From Eledone cirrhosa (lineage: Eukaryota): DNA of 64,000 bases. The notes below the pieces were generated by a model, which worked only from the letters and a program-made list of their open reading frames with translations, was not told where the DNA came from and did no database searches. The translations under genes and the position numbers were made by a program. The DNA is taken from positions 73,408,001 through 73,472,000 of the forward strand of contig OZ024745.1 in NCBI GenBank assembly GCA_964016885.1, written 5' to 3'. Of this stretch, positions 1-13,150 are shown in pieces; the stretch's first letter is position 1; each line of letters starts with the position of its first letter.

Positions 1-378
1 GAGGCCATCCGGATAGTGGTTTGTTTACTTTAGTAAGTCATAGTGTTAAGAGTAAGTAAAAAGATGGAGAGAGAGAGAGAGAAACGTGGAGAAAAGAAAG
101 GGAAAGATAGATAAAGAAAAAGAAGAAAGCAAAAAGAAAAGAGAACAGAGGAAAAATAACGGGGAGATATCAAAACATCAGACAGAGAAAGAACTCTGTC
201 TGATGTTTTGATATCTCCCCGTTATTTTTCCTCTGTTCTCTTTTCTTTTTGCTTTCTTCTTTTTCTTTATCTATCTTTCCCTTTCTTTTCTCCACGTTTC
301 TCTCTCTCTCTCCATCTTTTTACTTACTCTTAACACTATGACTTACTAAAGTAAACAAACCACTATCCGGATGGCCTC
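1..378. repeat. Near-perfect long inverted repeat (arms 1-187 and 194-378, 6-nt spacer); fold-back end of a PLE pseudo-LTR
   Basis: gaggccatccggatagtgg...gacagag / ctctgtc...ccactatccggatggcctc; the right arm runs directly into a hammerhead-bearing pLTR. Confidence 0.9.
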
Positions 379-442
379 CAAAAACAACGGTCACCTTTTT
401 GAAAGGGTACGTCAATATCTATTTATAAAACTGTTATATATT

Positions 443-508
443 GTATTTTGTCTGATGAAGGCATACCATGATTTAACTTGGTATCCTTGAAATATATATA
501 ATGAAATA
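443..508 (+). ncRNA. Type I hammerhead ribozyme in PLE pLTR (family A)
   Basis: CTGATGA 452-458; stem II agg(c)atacc/ggtatcct; GAAA 489-492; minimal stem III with ATA cleavage triplet; stem I tattttgt/atgaaata. Confidence 0.8.
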
Positions 509-635
509 AATATGGTTTTATAAATATAGTTTCCATTTATTAATATTGTATATCTACTCCAAATATTTGTCGAGTGCTTTAAATCAGTTATAATAATATT
601 TGCTTGTTATATCCCAACAATTTAAATAGAACTTT

Positions 636-685
<50 letters not shown>

Positions 686-720
686 ACAAAGCAATCAAAT
701 CTATGTTTAATACATTTTAT

Positions 721-767
721 TGCTGACAATCGTTTCTTCCAAACAGTTATTTGGAATCATCGGAGCA
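721..767 (-). ncRNA. Hammerhead ribozyme, CCGAUGA core variant
   Basis: Reverse complement reads tgct-CCGATGA-ttccaaa..tttggaa-GAAAC-gatt-GTC-agca. Confidence 0.7.
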
Positions 768-1172
768 TTGGCAAAGTTTAAACACATAGATAACTCTCAA
801 CACATGCAACAACAAAACTTTGTTTATGTATATTACACAATTTGCTTCATAATTTTCACCTTGTATCTTCCCCATGCATTACTGACTGCTTAATATGTTC
901 ATCCTATTACACCTATATTTTGTGATATCTTTGCCATATTATGATATATATGCTTAATACCTCTGCACTCTTACTACCTATATGCTTATGTACCAATAAT
1001 GCCCTCCTTTGCGAGTAACCCTCTTTTATACTCTTTATTATACCCTTTGTTGCAGACCATAACATCTTTACTCATTTTGAATATGACACTACTGATAGCA
1101 ACAATAGTATCAACATATCTTTATGAATGTTCTGTTAAATAGGAATTTATTTATGTGTTTAAACTTTGCCAA

Positions 1173-1219
1173 TGTTCCGATGATTCCAAACAACTCTTTG
1201 GAAGAAACGATTGTCAGCA
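1173..1219 (+). ncRNA. Hammerhead ribozyme, CCGAUGA core variant
   Basis: CCGATGA 1177-1183; 7-bp stem II ttccaaa/tttggaa; GAAAC-gatt-GTC; stem I tgtt/agca. Confidence 0.7.
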
Positions 1220-1391
1220 ATAAAATGTATTAAACATAGATTTGATTGTTCTGTACTTTATATTCCTGCTCTGTAATACACCTGATGTATTCACATTGAG
1301 CTATTTTTCATACTGGTAATAAGGTGGTAAAAAATCAAAAATACTGACCTTTCCTGCTTATAATAATATATAGTTTATATATAAGTATAAA

Positions 1392-1432
<41 letters not shown>

Positions 1433-1433
<1 letters not shown>

Positions 1434-1762
1434 GGTCGGTGAATTGGCAGTATCGGTAGCGGATTGGACGCCATGCTTTCTAGCATAGTTACGTCCCTTT
1501 ACAGTCTGAGTTCAAATCCCGCCGAGGTTAACTTTGCCTTTCATCATTACGGGGTCGATAAAATAATGTACTGGATAATTGCTGGCCTTGTACCTAAAGT
1601 AGAAACAATTATTATTTGACGCATAGAGTTACGGCCCTTGCCATTCTGAGTTCAAATCACGCCGAGGTTAACTTTGCCTTTCATCCTTACGGGGTCGATA
1701 AAATAAAGTACCAGTAATACACTGGGTAATTGCTGGCCTTGTGCCTAGCGTAGAAACAATTA
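1433..1762 (+). mobile_element. Two tandem tRNA-derived SINE copies (Nin/Deu-domain type; second is 5'-truncated)
   Basis: Box A tggcagtatcgg, box B gagttcaaatcc, body gcctttcatc..ggggtcgataaaataa..gtac, tail tagaaacaattatt; many further copies in the window. Confidence 0.85.
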
Positions 1763-2681
1763 TATATATATATATATATATATGGGATAACAAATTATCG
1801 TTATAGGTAATCCAGTTAGAGGTTGTGAATACTCCGTATTGTGGATAGTTTTAGCGTACGGCTTTGTTTGACTCAACAAGAGGTTTCCTTAGGTAGTAAG
1901 CTTGCGAGTTCTCTGGAATTCCTATGCAGGTTAATCTTGGAATAATAATAGTGAAAGAGTGAAGAATAACATGGTCAACAGTACAAAAAGGGTTTTATTT
2001 ACAGTATTAACAATTGTTTCATTGATTAAGTTGTCTAAAAATTGCTAATCCCTTGAAGTTGTGTCACTCAATTTTAAATACAATGTATGCTTAATCAAAT
2101 CATCGAAAATAAAAAATAAAAAATAAAAAATAAAAAATAAAAAATAAAAAATAAAAAATAAAAAATAAAAAATAAAAAATAAAAAATAAAAAATAAAAAA
2201 TAAAAAATAAAAAAATAATAAATAAATAATAATAAATAAGTTAGAATGAAGATGATAAAAAATAAATAAAAAAATTTATATGTGTGTGAAGAAAAGTGAA
2301 CATAATATGACTTGAAAATAGTTGTGGTGGTCGTGGTGATGGTTAAAATATAAAGATGTGATGGTATAAACATGAAAATACTAAATATATACATATATAC
2401 ATTGGTTAAATTATATTATGAAGAAATAGTACAGTGCTAAATAAAGAGTAAATTAATAAGTTAATAAATTGGAAGTTATGTTAGAAGTGAAAAGAACACG
2501 ATAGGATATAATGGTGAAATAGTTTTAGGGAAAGAGAGTGAAAGAAAGAAAAAAAAGAAAGAAAGGTTAGGAGGTTATGATGTTGATTCAGTGATTAGTT
2601 GATTTATTGACAGTTAATAATAATGGGTTATTATAATAGACTCAGGTGGTACAGTTTGAATTATGGAATTGTTGGGTCGAG

Positions 2682-2920
2682 TCAAGTTGCTTTATGCCTA
2701 CAGAAAATTGACCGTTCTATTTTGCTGTTAAGCAGCATTTTGTCATATTTAAAAATATGGAGCAACTCTATATTGCAAAGTCCGCAGTGGTACATTCCAC
2801 TTTCGTAGGCCTTTGCCTCTGACAGTTTCGACCAGCTTATTCCGTATTCCTGGTTTGTATCTTTAAGCTGCCAGATTTTATTGGCGAGCGTTGTGGACGT
2901 ACCATACTTTTTTGAACTTC
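2682..2920 (-). pseudogene. PLE GIY-YIG endonuclease C-terminal fragment
   Basis: Manual translation STTLANKIWQLKDTNQEYGISWSKLSEAKAYESGMYHCGLCNIE...NSKIERSIFCRHKAT*, matching the C-termini of the PLE ORFs at 47713, 51153 and 58365. Confidence 0.85.
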
Positions 2921-2984
2921 TTTATTACTGATGTTGTGATTTGAATTTTCATAGTATATTACAAACGCTGTGTATAATTTTAAT

Positions 2985-3091
2985 CAGGTTTTCCGATGAT
3001 TTGATTAAGCGTACATTGTATTTAAAATTGAGAGACACAAGCGATTAGCAATTTTTAGACAACTTAATCAATGAAACAATTGTTAATACTG
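2985..3091 (+). ncRNA. Hammerhead ribozyme candidate with CCGAUGA core and extended stem/loop II (inverse copy ~2001-2110)
   Basis: CCGATGA 2993-2999; ttgattaag...cttaatcaa closes a ~50-nt loop; GAAAC-aatt-GTT; stem I imperfect. Confidence 0.55.
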
Positions 3092-3138
3092 TAAATAAAA
3101 CGCTTTTTGTACTGTTGACCATGTTATTCTTCACTCTT

Positions 3139-3199
<61 letters not shown>

Positions 3200-3353
3200 A
3201 TAACAATAAATTTGAAGACTAAAATCCAAAGAGGGCTCAATAAGGATAAATATATATCAAATATATAAGAACCGTAGAGCAAATATTTATTAAAATAACA
3301 GATAAAAGTTTAAGCAAAGAATATATATAAATAAATATGTGTGTGTATGTATG

Positions 3354-3426
<73 letters not shown>

Positions 3427-3452
3427 GTTTCTAGCTTTCTATAAGCTACAAA

Positions 3453-3693
3453 TTCCACTTCAAAATTAAAAAAATGACTCTCTTAAAACTCAGAAAATTT
3501 AATATATATTATAACGTGTAAGGGTTGCCATGAGCACTACATTGGCCAAACAGGATTAACACACCGACAAAAAATGACAGTTCACCGCCAACAAATTAGG
3601 TATCCATACGCAAGAAAGATCCATCTTAGCCAAAAGATAGCGGAATGCGGAGGGAAAACTTTACCAAATTCCAGTGTCTTCTCATTCTACTAA
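3453..3693 (+). pseudogene. PLE GIY-YIG endonuclease fragment (Neptune-like, CxxC)
   Basis: Manual translation from 3490: SENLIYIITCKGCHEHYIGQTGLTHRQKMTVHRQQI. Confidence 0.8.
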
Positions 3694-3819
3694 TATTGCC
3701 AGTTAACTTCAAAGGAAAAACGCGAAGATTTTATAGGAAATGTAGGCAAAAGCTGAACTCTTTGCTCACAAAATATTTAATACCTGGTCAGCCCAGACTT
3801 GCGTCTCTTGTCAAGTTCA

Positions 3820-4140
3820 TTTCGGGCGATTGGTTTCACAAGCCGTGCCCAGCTGTAAGTATATGTTTCTTTTTAGGATAGTGAAATCCAAGCATTGCAT
3901 CAGTTAGAGCGCCGAATTCTCGCTTTCACACCCAATCCAATTTGGTGAAACCAGTGACGCAACACAGGCGGTGGGGCATGAAGGAATTTAGTCGGCAGAG
4001 GTGATGAACAAGCTATTTGAGCCATTTTGTAGGTCAGCAGGAGCTCACCCCACTGTCCAGCTCAGCTCAGGCTTACCGACCCTAGTTATGTGGTAGAGGT
4101 ACCAGGAACACCAGAAATCGTCACCACATCAGGTTCAACG
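3820..4140 (+). repeat. Dispersed decayed repeat (related copy ~16505-16720); possibly an LTR-retrotransposon integrase C-terminal remnant
   Basis: Shared gattggtttcacaagc.gtgcccag and gaggtgat..ctatttgagc.attttgtagg; fragments read PSYVVEV..RNRHHIR and WPAEVI..SYFV. Confidence 0.4.
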
Positions 4141-4526
4141 AAACACCCATCGGAAAATGACTGATACTTCGACAGATTGTGATCTTCTAACTCAGTTGAG
4201 GATATCTAAAGATTTCTCTGTCTTACACTTTAAAGCTGCAGATACAAAGTAAATAAACAAACACACAAATAAATAACTATGTAAATAAATAAGTAAAATA
4301 AAATAAACAGCTAGACATTCCTCATGAGCAGCCATGCAAATCAATTTCCGACTTAGGAATGTTGTAGGTTCATTGAAACTATAATTTCCTATTCAATGAT
4401 TTCAGTCATTTTGTTACGCCCTTGTATGTCAACATAGCCACACACACATGCCCCCCCCCCCCCCACAGCACAACACACAATACACACACGCACCCACCCA
4501 CCCACACTCATATATATATATATATA

Positions 4527-6330
4527 TGGAATTCCCCCATCGCCCGCTACTTTGGCTCCCCTGGACATTCCGCCCACCACCTCACAGTCTGTGGCCTGAT
4601 CCAATGCCATGGGACACCCGCTACCTGCGTCACGGTCGAGCAACACACAATCTTCACCCTACAGACCCACACACCCCCGGCCTGAACTCCCTACCTCTCT
4701 TCCTTTAGCATTCGACCGCCTCCCCGCCCACATACACCCCCACTAACACCACTAACACACTCCTCTGTCTCACCGCTCCCACCCTCTTGGCCCACCCCAC
4801 AACTAATAATACTAACACCCCCACCCCGCCCTCCCCAACTAACAATACTAACACCCTCCCCCCTCCCCCTAGCATCCGCGCACCCACACACCCCACACGC
4901 ACACACCCACCTGTACATATATACACGCACTCACACTATTCACACACCCTACTACCACCACGAGCCCCCACCCATACATCCACATCTGACCACCCCACAA
5001 CTAATATTACTAACATCCCCCCAACCCACCTTCCCCCCCCCCCACACACACGAACACACACCATCACACATACACTCACCCACACCTACGTACAAACCGA
5101 TACACCACCCACTCCACACACACACTACCACCACTAACCCCCACTCATACACCCGCATTCAACCCCTTCCCCACCACCAGTAATACTAACACCCTCTCTA
5201 CCACACACACTCATATCCAAACACGCACACACACACCAGTACATTACACTCCCTCCACCGTCCCCAACACCTTTTCTCTCCGTCTCTCTCTCCCCGCTCC
5301 ACCAACACCCCCTCACACACATTCCACTAACACCTCCACTAATATACACACCAATCCCCAACACCACCATCTTCTCCCTCTACCTTTCACACCTACCCAC
5401 CCCCTCCCCTGCCCACCGTACCTCGCACACACAGACACACCGTCCACACCACAAACAGACCCTATCTTTACCTGTCATCATCCTCTACTGTTATCTCTTC
5501 ACCCTGCCTTGACCCTCTGACCACTTCCTGTTGCGCGCGCACCCCACATCTCTCCACTTCCTCACTACCACACCAGGATTTACACCACCGGTCATCGCTC
5601 CAGCTATCCATCCTATTACATGAGGAATCTCTAACATTTAGTCTCACACTCCGTGGAAATACCTTAGGACCAACAAACACGTACATTATTTTCGAACCAC
5701 GCCACCTACATCCACACCACATATAAACACAAATACGCACGTGCGTATCCTCACATACACGCACCCAGCCTCCGGACTCCACATGCCCCCTCTGCTCCAC
5801 CCCTCTGGCCCCTCTCCATCCACACAGACACAGACACCGAGTTACACCCCATGTACACACCGGTTTTCCTTTTACCTGAACATGGAACCTTGTTCTTCCC
5901 CAACTCTCATATTCACACACACACACACACACACACACACGTACACGTACACACATACACATACACACACACCACCTTCAGCCCTCGCCGCTCGGACCCC
6001 GCCCCCTCTCCCCTCTCCACCCCAACACCACCCCTACACGCCTCACACCCTTTCACCACTTGTTTCTTTTTATTTAAATTTTTATTTTTTAAAAATTTGT
6101 TTACTCTCTAAAAAAATGTTTTTCCTCCCTTTTCTACTCCCCCTTTTTTAAATGTCTTTCTACCACTCCGCCCTACACCCTCGAAACTCTCTTCCTACCC
6201 ACTTTTCTCCTGATGAAGGGCTTATGCGCGAAACGTGGTCCCCCACTCCTCACTCTCAAGCGTGAAACTAATAATAATAACATTGCTACTGCCTCTTCGT
6301 TTTTCTGTTTTTTGTTCTCTGTTTACTTTA
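4527..6330 (+). mobile_element. 3' end of a Neptune-like PLE: GIY-YIG C-terminus (4527-4708), ~1.5 kb C/A-rich UTR, degenerate hammerhead at 6210-6240
   Basis: SPIARYFGSPGHS...EQHTIFTLQT..(frameshift)PGLN is the PLE endonuclease C-terminal signature; CTGATGA-agggcttatgcgc-GAAAC-gtg-GTC. Confidence 0.7.
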
Positions 6331-6393
6331 AAAAAAAAAAAAATATATGTATATATATATACAGTATATATATATACAGTATATATATATACA

Positions 6394-6439
<46 letters not shown>

Positions 6440-6568
6440 AGTAATAATAATAAATTTGAAGACTAAAATCCAAAGAAGATCCCGTTAAGGGTTAAAGCAG
6501 CGATTCTTTGATTAAACTTTAATCTGTTATTTTAATAAATAAATAAATATATATATATATATATATAT

Positions 6569-6862
6569 CTAAGGCGGGTAAAATTCCCGAGATCCATGGA
6601 CGAGTTCTCTCCAGCGGTCTCTGTCCCTCATTATCGCTGCCATGTCCTGCATCTCCAACAGACCAGTGTCTGACCTTAGGGCATCAACATACGTTAACCT
6701 TGGTCTTCCTCTTCTAGTGTGTCCATGTAGGGGCTCCCAAAGGAGTACTGAGTGCAATGTCAACTCTGGATGTCGGTGAGCATGTCCAGCTAACCTCAGT
6801 CTCCTCTGTGTCACTTTTGAGCTGACTTTTGGGATGCTCCCATACAGCTCTGAGTTCTTCAT
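6569..6862 (-). pseudogene. RTE-type LINE C-terminal fragment (5'-truncated)
   Basis: RRLRLAGHAHR...LLWEP..RRGRPRLTYVD...DRDRWR motif; ends in (TA)n. Confidence 0.85.
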
Positions 6863-7229
6863 CCTCAGTGTATACTATATATATACTATCATAGTACACG
6901 TCAGAAATGATGGGATTTATAGCAAAAATATTTAATTTAATAATTTCTTCATTACAACATTCTACGTAAAGAAGCTTGAATCTTATATTTGCCCTGACTT
7001 TCTAACTCACTTCTTACCATCGTTGTTTTTCATTTTACATTCATTTACTACAATTGCAATACTTTCGGTTCATGTTTTATGTAATCATTATCAAACATAT
7101 ATCCATTATATATTACAATGATTTTTTTTCTATCTATTTATAGACTCATGATTCGCCTTTTTACAGTTTGAAGTTCTTCAACTGCAAAAAAAAAAAAAAA
7201 AAAAATGAATAAACAACAGAGAAAAAGAA

Positions 7230-8560
7230 CTTGTTTCCAGATGAGGAGATTGAATATTGAAAAGGACCATGTGGCAGTAGAGAACAATTAGTGATTATCA
7301 AAGCCATAATTGAAGGCTATTGAAGGAGAAAACATATTCTGAGCATGACGTTGATTGACTACAAGATAGCTTTTGACTCTTTCCTCCACGTGTTTTTCCT
7401 GAATACATTAACCATGAGCAGAGTAGCACCAATAAGCAGTTACATCAAACATTCTATATCTAGATGCCAAACAATCCTCCAGATACAAACAAAAAGACAG
7501 AATTATATTTAAAAAAAACTAATTCAGTCGGTAAGAGAAGATGAATATTCCAATACTTTTCTGCCTAACTCTCACACGTTAAACCAAGAAAGTAGACAAG
7601 ATTGGATTGAGATACTAATGGTATGATGTTATCAAATAGAAACGCTGCTGCAAACAGTACACGGATATACTCGAAAAATTGAATATAGATTCTGATTAGA
7701 AAAGTGTTCCACGAAGAGAGAAAAACTAAATAAAAACACTGTCATGTTAGAAAAATAGACTTAAAAATACTTAGAAATCAATGAACAAGAAAAAAGAATA
7801 TCACATGTACAAGTTGATAATTAAAACAGAGTTAACTGCAAAAATAAAGGTAATAGATATCAACACTTCACCTCCTGTTTTAGTAATAAGCTATAACTAT
7901 TGATTAAATGAACTAGAAGTACAAGACGGAGGGGTAAAAAATGACTATTTTTCGAATATGTCACCTAAAATCTGCCTTAAATAAATCATATTTACCACAC
8001 TTATAGGAAAGGTAGACGGGTGGTGGCTTATGCAGCTAGAAAGCTGTTATAAAATATCCACTTTAGGATTACAAATATATCTCGCAATGGATATCGAAAA
8101 ACTAATACAAGTAGCTACTAACATGAAAAGAAACCAATAAATATAAAACAGATTTAAATGACAGACAGAAGGAGAAAAGAGAAAGAAGACAAACGAGGAA
8201 AACACTAAATACTAAGTAAAAAAAAATGAATCGACTGAATGACATACTAAAGCGTGGACACGAAAAGCCAATATGTGGCCAGTATCTGAAAAGATTTGAG
8301 CAGATGTAAATAGAAAAGGGAAATTAATAACACTGCTTGAGAAACCCAGGATTATATCTGTCACTGGAGGATTCTTAATTGTGGTACAAAATCAAAGTTT
8401 TCCTACCTACCAGAAGGATGTAAAGAAGTAGAATACAGGAAATATAGAACATATGGATGTTGGGAAGAAACAGTTAATTACATTGTTGCTAGCTGCTCAT
8501 TCATAGCTCGAAAAAAGTACATCTATATGCACGACGGAGTTGTGGCTTTCATGCAACACA
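7230..8560 (+). pseudogene. Heavily decayed R4/Dong-clade non-LTR retrotransposon
   Basis: Frameshifted remnants: REQLVI..KAII, LSMTLIDYKIAFDS, ETVNYIVASCSFIARKKYIYMHDGV. Confidence 0.65.
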
Positions 8561-8925
8561 ACATTTATGTCATATAATTAATTCCAATCGTATATCGTAA
8601 CTCACACAATGCATACAAAATACAATTGTTACCCAACAAACAAACGAAACAACATTCAAGTAAGAAAACACTCAGCAACAAAGCAAAACAGTTGTAACAT
8701 ACAAACATCATTCTCTGCAAACGAAAGACAATTCTCACACAGAACCACGGAGATGTACATGTAGTAGAAACTCGCACGATACTATTATATAAGAAAAATA
8801 GACATTAAACACGGCACATACAGAAAAATCCCACCACTCAGCACTGGAAAACAGAAAAACAAAATAAAACACTCCAAATGTCATCAGTTAGTATGGAGTT
8901 GTCATCGGTTATATAATGAATATAT

Positions 8926-9538
<613 letters not shown>

Positions 9539-10108
9539 TCATATCTCCGCAATTTCATGTACCTGCAATTCCTTGTTAAAAATTCAATTGCCTATAAACG
9601 TCTTTCCCTACACCATTTAAGTGCTTGCCTAAAAATCACATGACAAATATATATCTGAATTACTATTATTACCTGATGATCACTGGGTGATTAAAACTGC
9701 TGATCACCAATTTGGAGCCAAGTATTTTCTAATAGCTTGTCATCTCTTGCTTTTCCTGAAAATATCATGTTTGGTGCAGTTGTATATTTATTGTTTAACA
9801 CCATTTCGTTCTTTCAATCTTATCATGCAGGCTAGTCAATTGTTATCCAGAACGACTTCCTATTTTCATGGGTGCTCACTCCTGTCATTTTTAGTCTCGG
9901 GTCGGCCATAATTGAGTATATTCATAGTCAAAGACATTCCAGTCGTAACCACCATGTCTTATTCCCAAACACAATATAAAAATGACCACGTCCAATGTTT
10001 TGTGTCTTTCTTTTCTAAAACGATAAGGTCTGATTTGATAGGCAATTATTTAGTTTTAATTTTTAGCAGGTAGATAGAGCATAATTTTTAGCAGGTAGAT
10101 AGACCATG

Positions 10109-10240
10109 CAGTCACGTGGCCTAGTGGTAAGGGTGTTGGACTTACAATCATAATGTCGTGGGTATGATTCAAGGGCTGGGTTGTGTGTTATGTTCTTGAG
10201 CAAAACACTTCATTTCACGTTGCTCCAGGATAGTCAGCTG
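10109..10240 (+). mobile_element. tRNA-derived CORE-type SINE
   Basis: Box A tggcctagtgg, degenerate box B, CORE-like tgttcttgagcaaaacacttcatttc. Confidence 0.7.
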
Positions 10241-10617
10241 AAAATAAGAACTAAGAATTCCTGGCGGAGATAACCTTACGATGGACAGATCAACCATATA
10301 GAACCCCCCCCCCCCATTCTGACATGTCATTACATTTGAGATATTATGCTTGCTGATTAAATTTTGTGATTCTTCCTCGAAGGAAGAGCAGCTGATGTTG
10401 TCACGATGTTCGTATGCGCGTAGATATGTATTTTGTGTATTTACCTACAAGCACATAACTACACATAAACATAGTAATTTCTCTGTTTTCACCCCGGGGT
10501 ACTCATCTCTACACATCCAGTGGATATATTCTGTCTCTTCTTGGAGAATATTTTATGTCTAAAATAAATTTTCAATATATTGATTCATCTATTACCAATA
10601 GCGTGTACGCATCTATA

Positions 10618-10679
<62 letters not shown>

Positions 10680-10731
10680 AAGATAAAACAAAGACAAACA
10701 CAGATACAATTACACAACACACACTCTTTCT

Positions 10732-10781
<50 letters not shown>

Positions 10782-10802
10782 CACACACATATATATATAT
10801 AA

Positions 10803-10833
<31 letters not shown>

Positions 10834-11399
10834 AAAAAAACCAAAAAACAAAGAACTAAAATTATTCATATTACGTAAAGAGTTTTATATATAAAAAAAT
10901 ATATATACATGGATGTATGTGCAAGTTCATATACTTATGCTAGAAAAGAAAATATAAAAAAAATTAAAAGCAACACAAAACGTGATCAGCAACTGAAGAA
11001 TCTCGAATTCAATTCTAGTTGTAATTTCTTTTCGCTTCAACGAAAGTCAAGTATATAACTATCAAGTTATTAATAATCTATAGAAATGCAGTTGGTTTTC
11101 AAGGAACGGTATACGTTTGGCAATAAATGAGTGACTGAATTGCGTAAGCCATCATACAACAAATGAAAAATTAGTTTCATTGCAGAAGTTTCTAGATATA
11201 ATCAAAATCGTGATACCCATGCTGCTTCATAACCTTCCTCTTTCTCTGTTTCCCCTATACTTCTTCCATTCCCCAATTTCGGCCTTACATAGCATGACTT
11301 GTATTTTACTATACAGAAATAATTAACTAATTTGTTTGGTGTATGGCGGCACATAAATGCACACATGCACATACATGCGTGCACACACATATGCATACG

Positions 11400-11521
11400 C
11401 TGAAAGCATAGTTGCTTAGTTTCGCATTCATGTGATTCCGGGTTAGATTCCACTGCGGGAGACCTTGAACAAATGTCTACTGCTATAAACTTCAGGTGAT
11501 TAATACCTTGAGTGGAATTTC

Positions 11522-11522
<1 letters not shown>
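11400..11522 (+). mobile_element. Decayed CORE-type SINE
   Basis: gggttagattccactgcgggagaccttgaacaaatgtctactgctata resembles box B plus CORE. Confidence 0.5.
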
Positions 11523-11552
<30 letters not shown>

Positions 11553-11677
11553 TGTATGTATGTATGTATGTATGTATGTGTGTATGTATGTATGTACGTA
11601 TGTACGTATGTATGTATGTATGTATGTATGTATGTATGTATGTATGTATGTATGTATGTATGTATGTATGTATGTAT

Positions 11678-12197
11678 GTCGGGTCACTCTTGAGTGCTAC
11701 TGGTAAGATGTAACCCAGTACAACCTGTCTCATCGTCGGGTCGTCGGCGACTAAACCTGCAACCCCACCAAGTTTACTTGGTGAGGAGGGTGATTTTGGA
11801 CACCCTGCAGGACAAAAAACAAAACCTGACAAAGGGCGGAAGAACTCATAAGAGTCAACGGCCATCCGAAAGTGTGTAAATATGTATATACACATGTACC
11901 ACGCGGTTAAACCACTGGAAGTGAAGGACCCCTAGCCTTTGTCAGGGCATTTTTCTAGGAGAAGGCAACTCAGGAAACTGGGATAACTCCAATATAAAAC
12001 CTGCGGCTCAGTAGTTACCGATGATGTTGATTTTTTCTTCTTTTCGCCCAGAGAGTGGGATTGGCTCAGTGCACAGTCTTTCCTCACTTTAAAAAATATC
12101 TTCATGCACAGGGATTGCACGATAAAATTAATTAATAATTATTAATAATGGTATATCGTACAATGATACTCGATAACGAGGGGGCAGCCATCATCAT
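11678..12197 (+). mobile_element. Bipartite non-autonomous RTE derivative (5' UTR joined to RTE 3' end)
   Basis: RTE-like leader (ctaggagaaggcaactc..aaacctgc); 3' end tactcgataacgagggggcagccatc identical to RTE ends at 28225-28250 and 41656-41680; (ATGT)n flanks. Confidence 0.75.
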
Positions 12198-12464
12198 GTA
12201 TGTATGCATGTACGTATGTGTATATATATATGTACATATATGCAGTGGTGGACTGTGTCTAAACATATTGGTTGCCAGGAGATGAAGGGGGCCCACCTAC
12301 ATATAGAATGCTATCATTTAATTATTATAATCAATAAATAACATTTTCGAAATATACATAAGTGGAAACAAAACAGTGGAATCATATTTTTGCGGAAAAA
12401 ATCTTACCTTCTCCAATAAAAAATATTATGTATTTTGCGAAATCCAGAGACTTTCAATAATGAC

Positions 12465-12925
12465 TAGAAGTCGACTCTAAATATTACTAATAGCTCTAGG
12501 AAAGCCATGAACGACACCACATCTTTTTAACTTTGATTTTGAAAGTAGGTTTATAATTATCAATTTTCATCATACTTTCCTAGCTGTCTCGGTGGCATAG
12601 TTGGAGGAATCATAGACGGTGGAGATCCTGGGTTGAAGTTCGATCCTGGTCGGGAGTAGGGTTCCCGCTAAACTTTTTCAGTGTTTTTTTCTATTGGTTG
12701 TAAAATAAAAACTGGAAAAAGTTACATATACCTCTTGACCAGGATTGAACCCATGACAGGATCTCCACCGTCTCTAGTACCTACCGCTAGACCACAGAGA
12801 CAACTACGAAAATCTTATGAAAATTCATACTTATAAACCTACTTTCAAAATTATCAAAACAAAGTGTTGTGGTGTCGTTCATGTCTTTCTTAATACTATT
12901 GCTCCTACTTAAGGTGGACTTCTAT
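12465..12925. repeat. MITE-like fold-back with ~170-bp imperfect inverted arms, each containing a tRNA-like head
   Basis: atgaacgacaccac..ttttgaaagtaggtttataa..gacggtggagatcctg..tcctggtc mirrored at 12735-12890; box A tggcatagttgg and box B gttcgatcc. Confidence 0.7.
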
Positions 12926-12957
12926 CACATTTATTATTATTATTATTACATATAGAA

Positions 12958-13150
12958 GGGCGATGGATTGGCAGTATCGGTAGAGAGTCGTACGCCATGC
13001 TTTCCAGCACAGTTACGTCCCTTTACGGACTGAGTTCAAATCCCGCCGAGGTTAACTTTGCCTTTCACCCTTTCGGGGTCGATAAAATAAAGTACCAGTA
13101 ATGTACTGGGTAATTGCTGGCCTTGTGCCAAAAGTAGAAACAATTATTAT
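12958..13150 (+). mobile_element. Nin-type SINE with target-site duplication
   Basis: Full copy flanked by tattacatatagaa on both sides. Confidence 0.9.

Larger units (their letters stand above)
681..1345 (+). mobile_element. Non-coding PLE remnant with inverted pLTR copies (681-788 / 1152-1260), flanked by (TA)n
   Basis: ~108-bp inverted repeat, each arm carrying a hammerhead motif. Confidence 0.7.
1785..3144 (-). mobile_element. 5'-truncated Penelope-like element with an inverted pLTR copy (1949-2108 / 2990-3144)
   Basis: GIY-YIG C-terminal remnant at 2682-2920 lying between inverted hammerhead-bearing repeats; (TA)n flanks. Confidence 0.8.

Noticed and set aside
12583-12660. Functional tRNA gene (also 10109-10185)
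   Set aside because: A/B boxes are present but the cloverleaf is broken and the sequence is embedded in repeats
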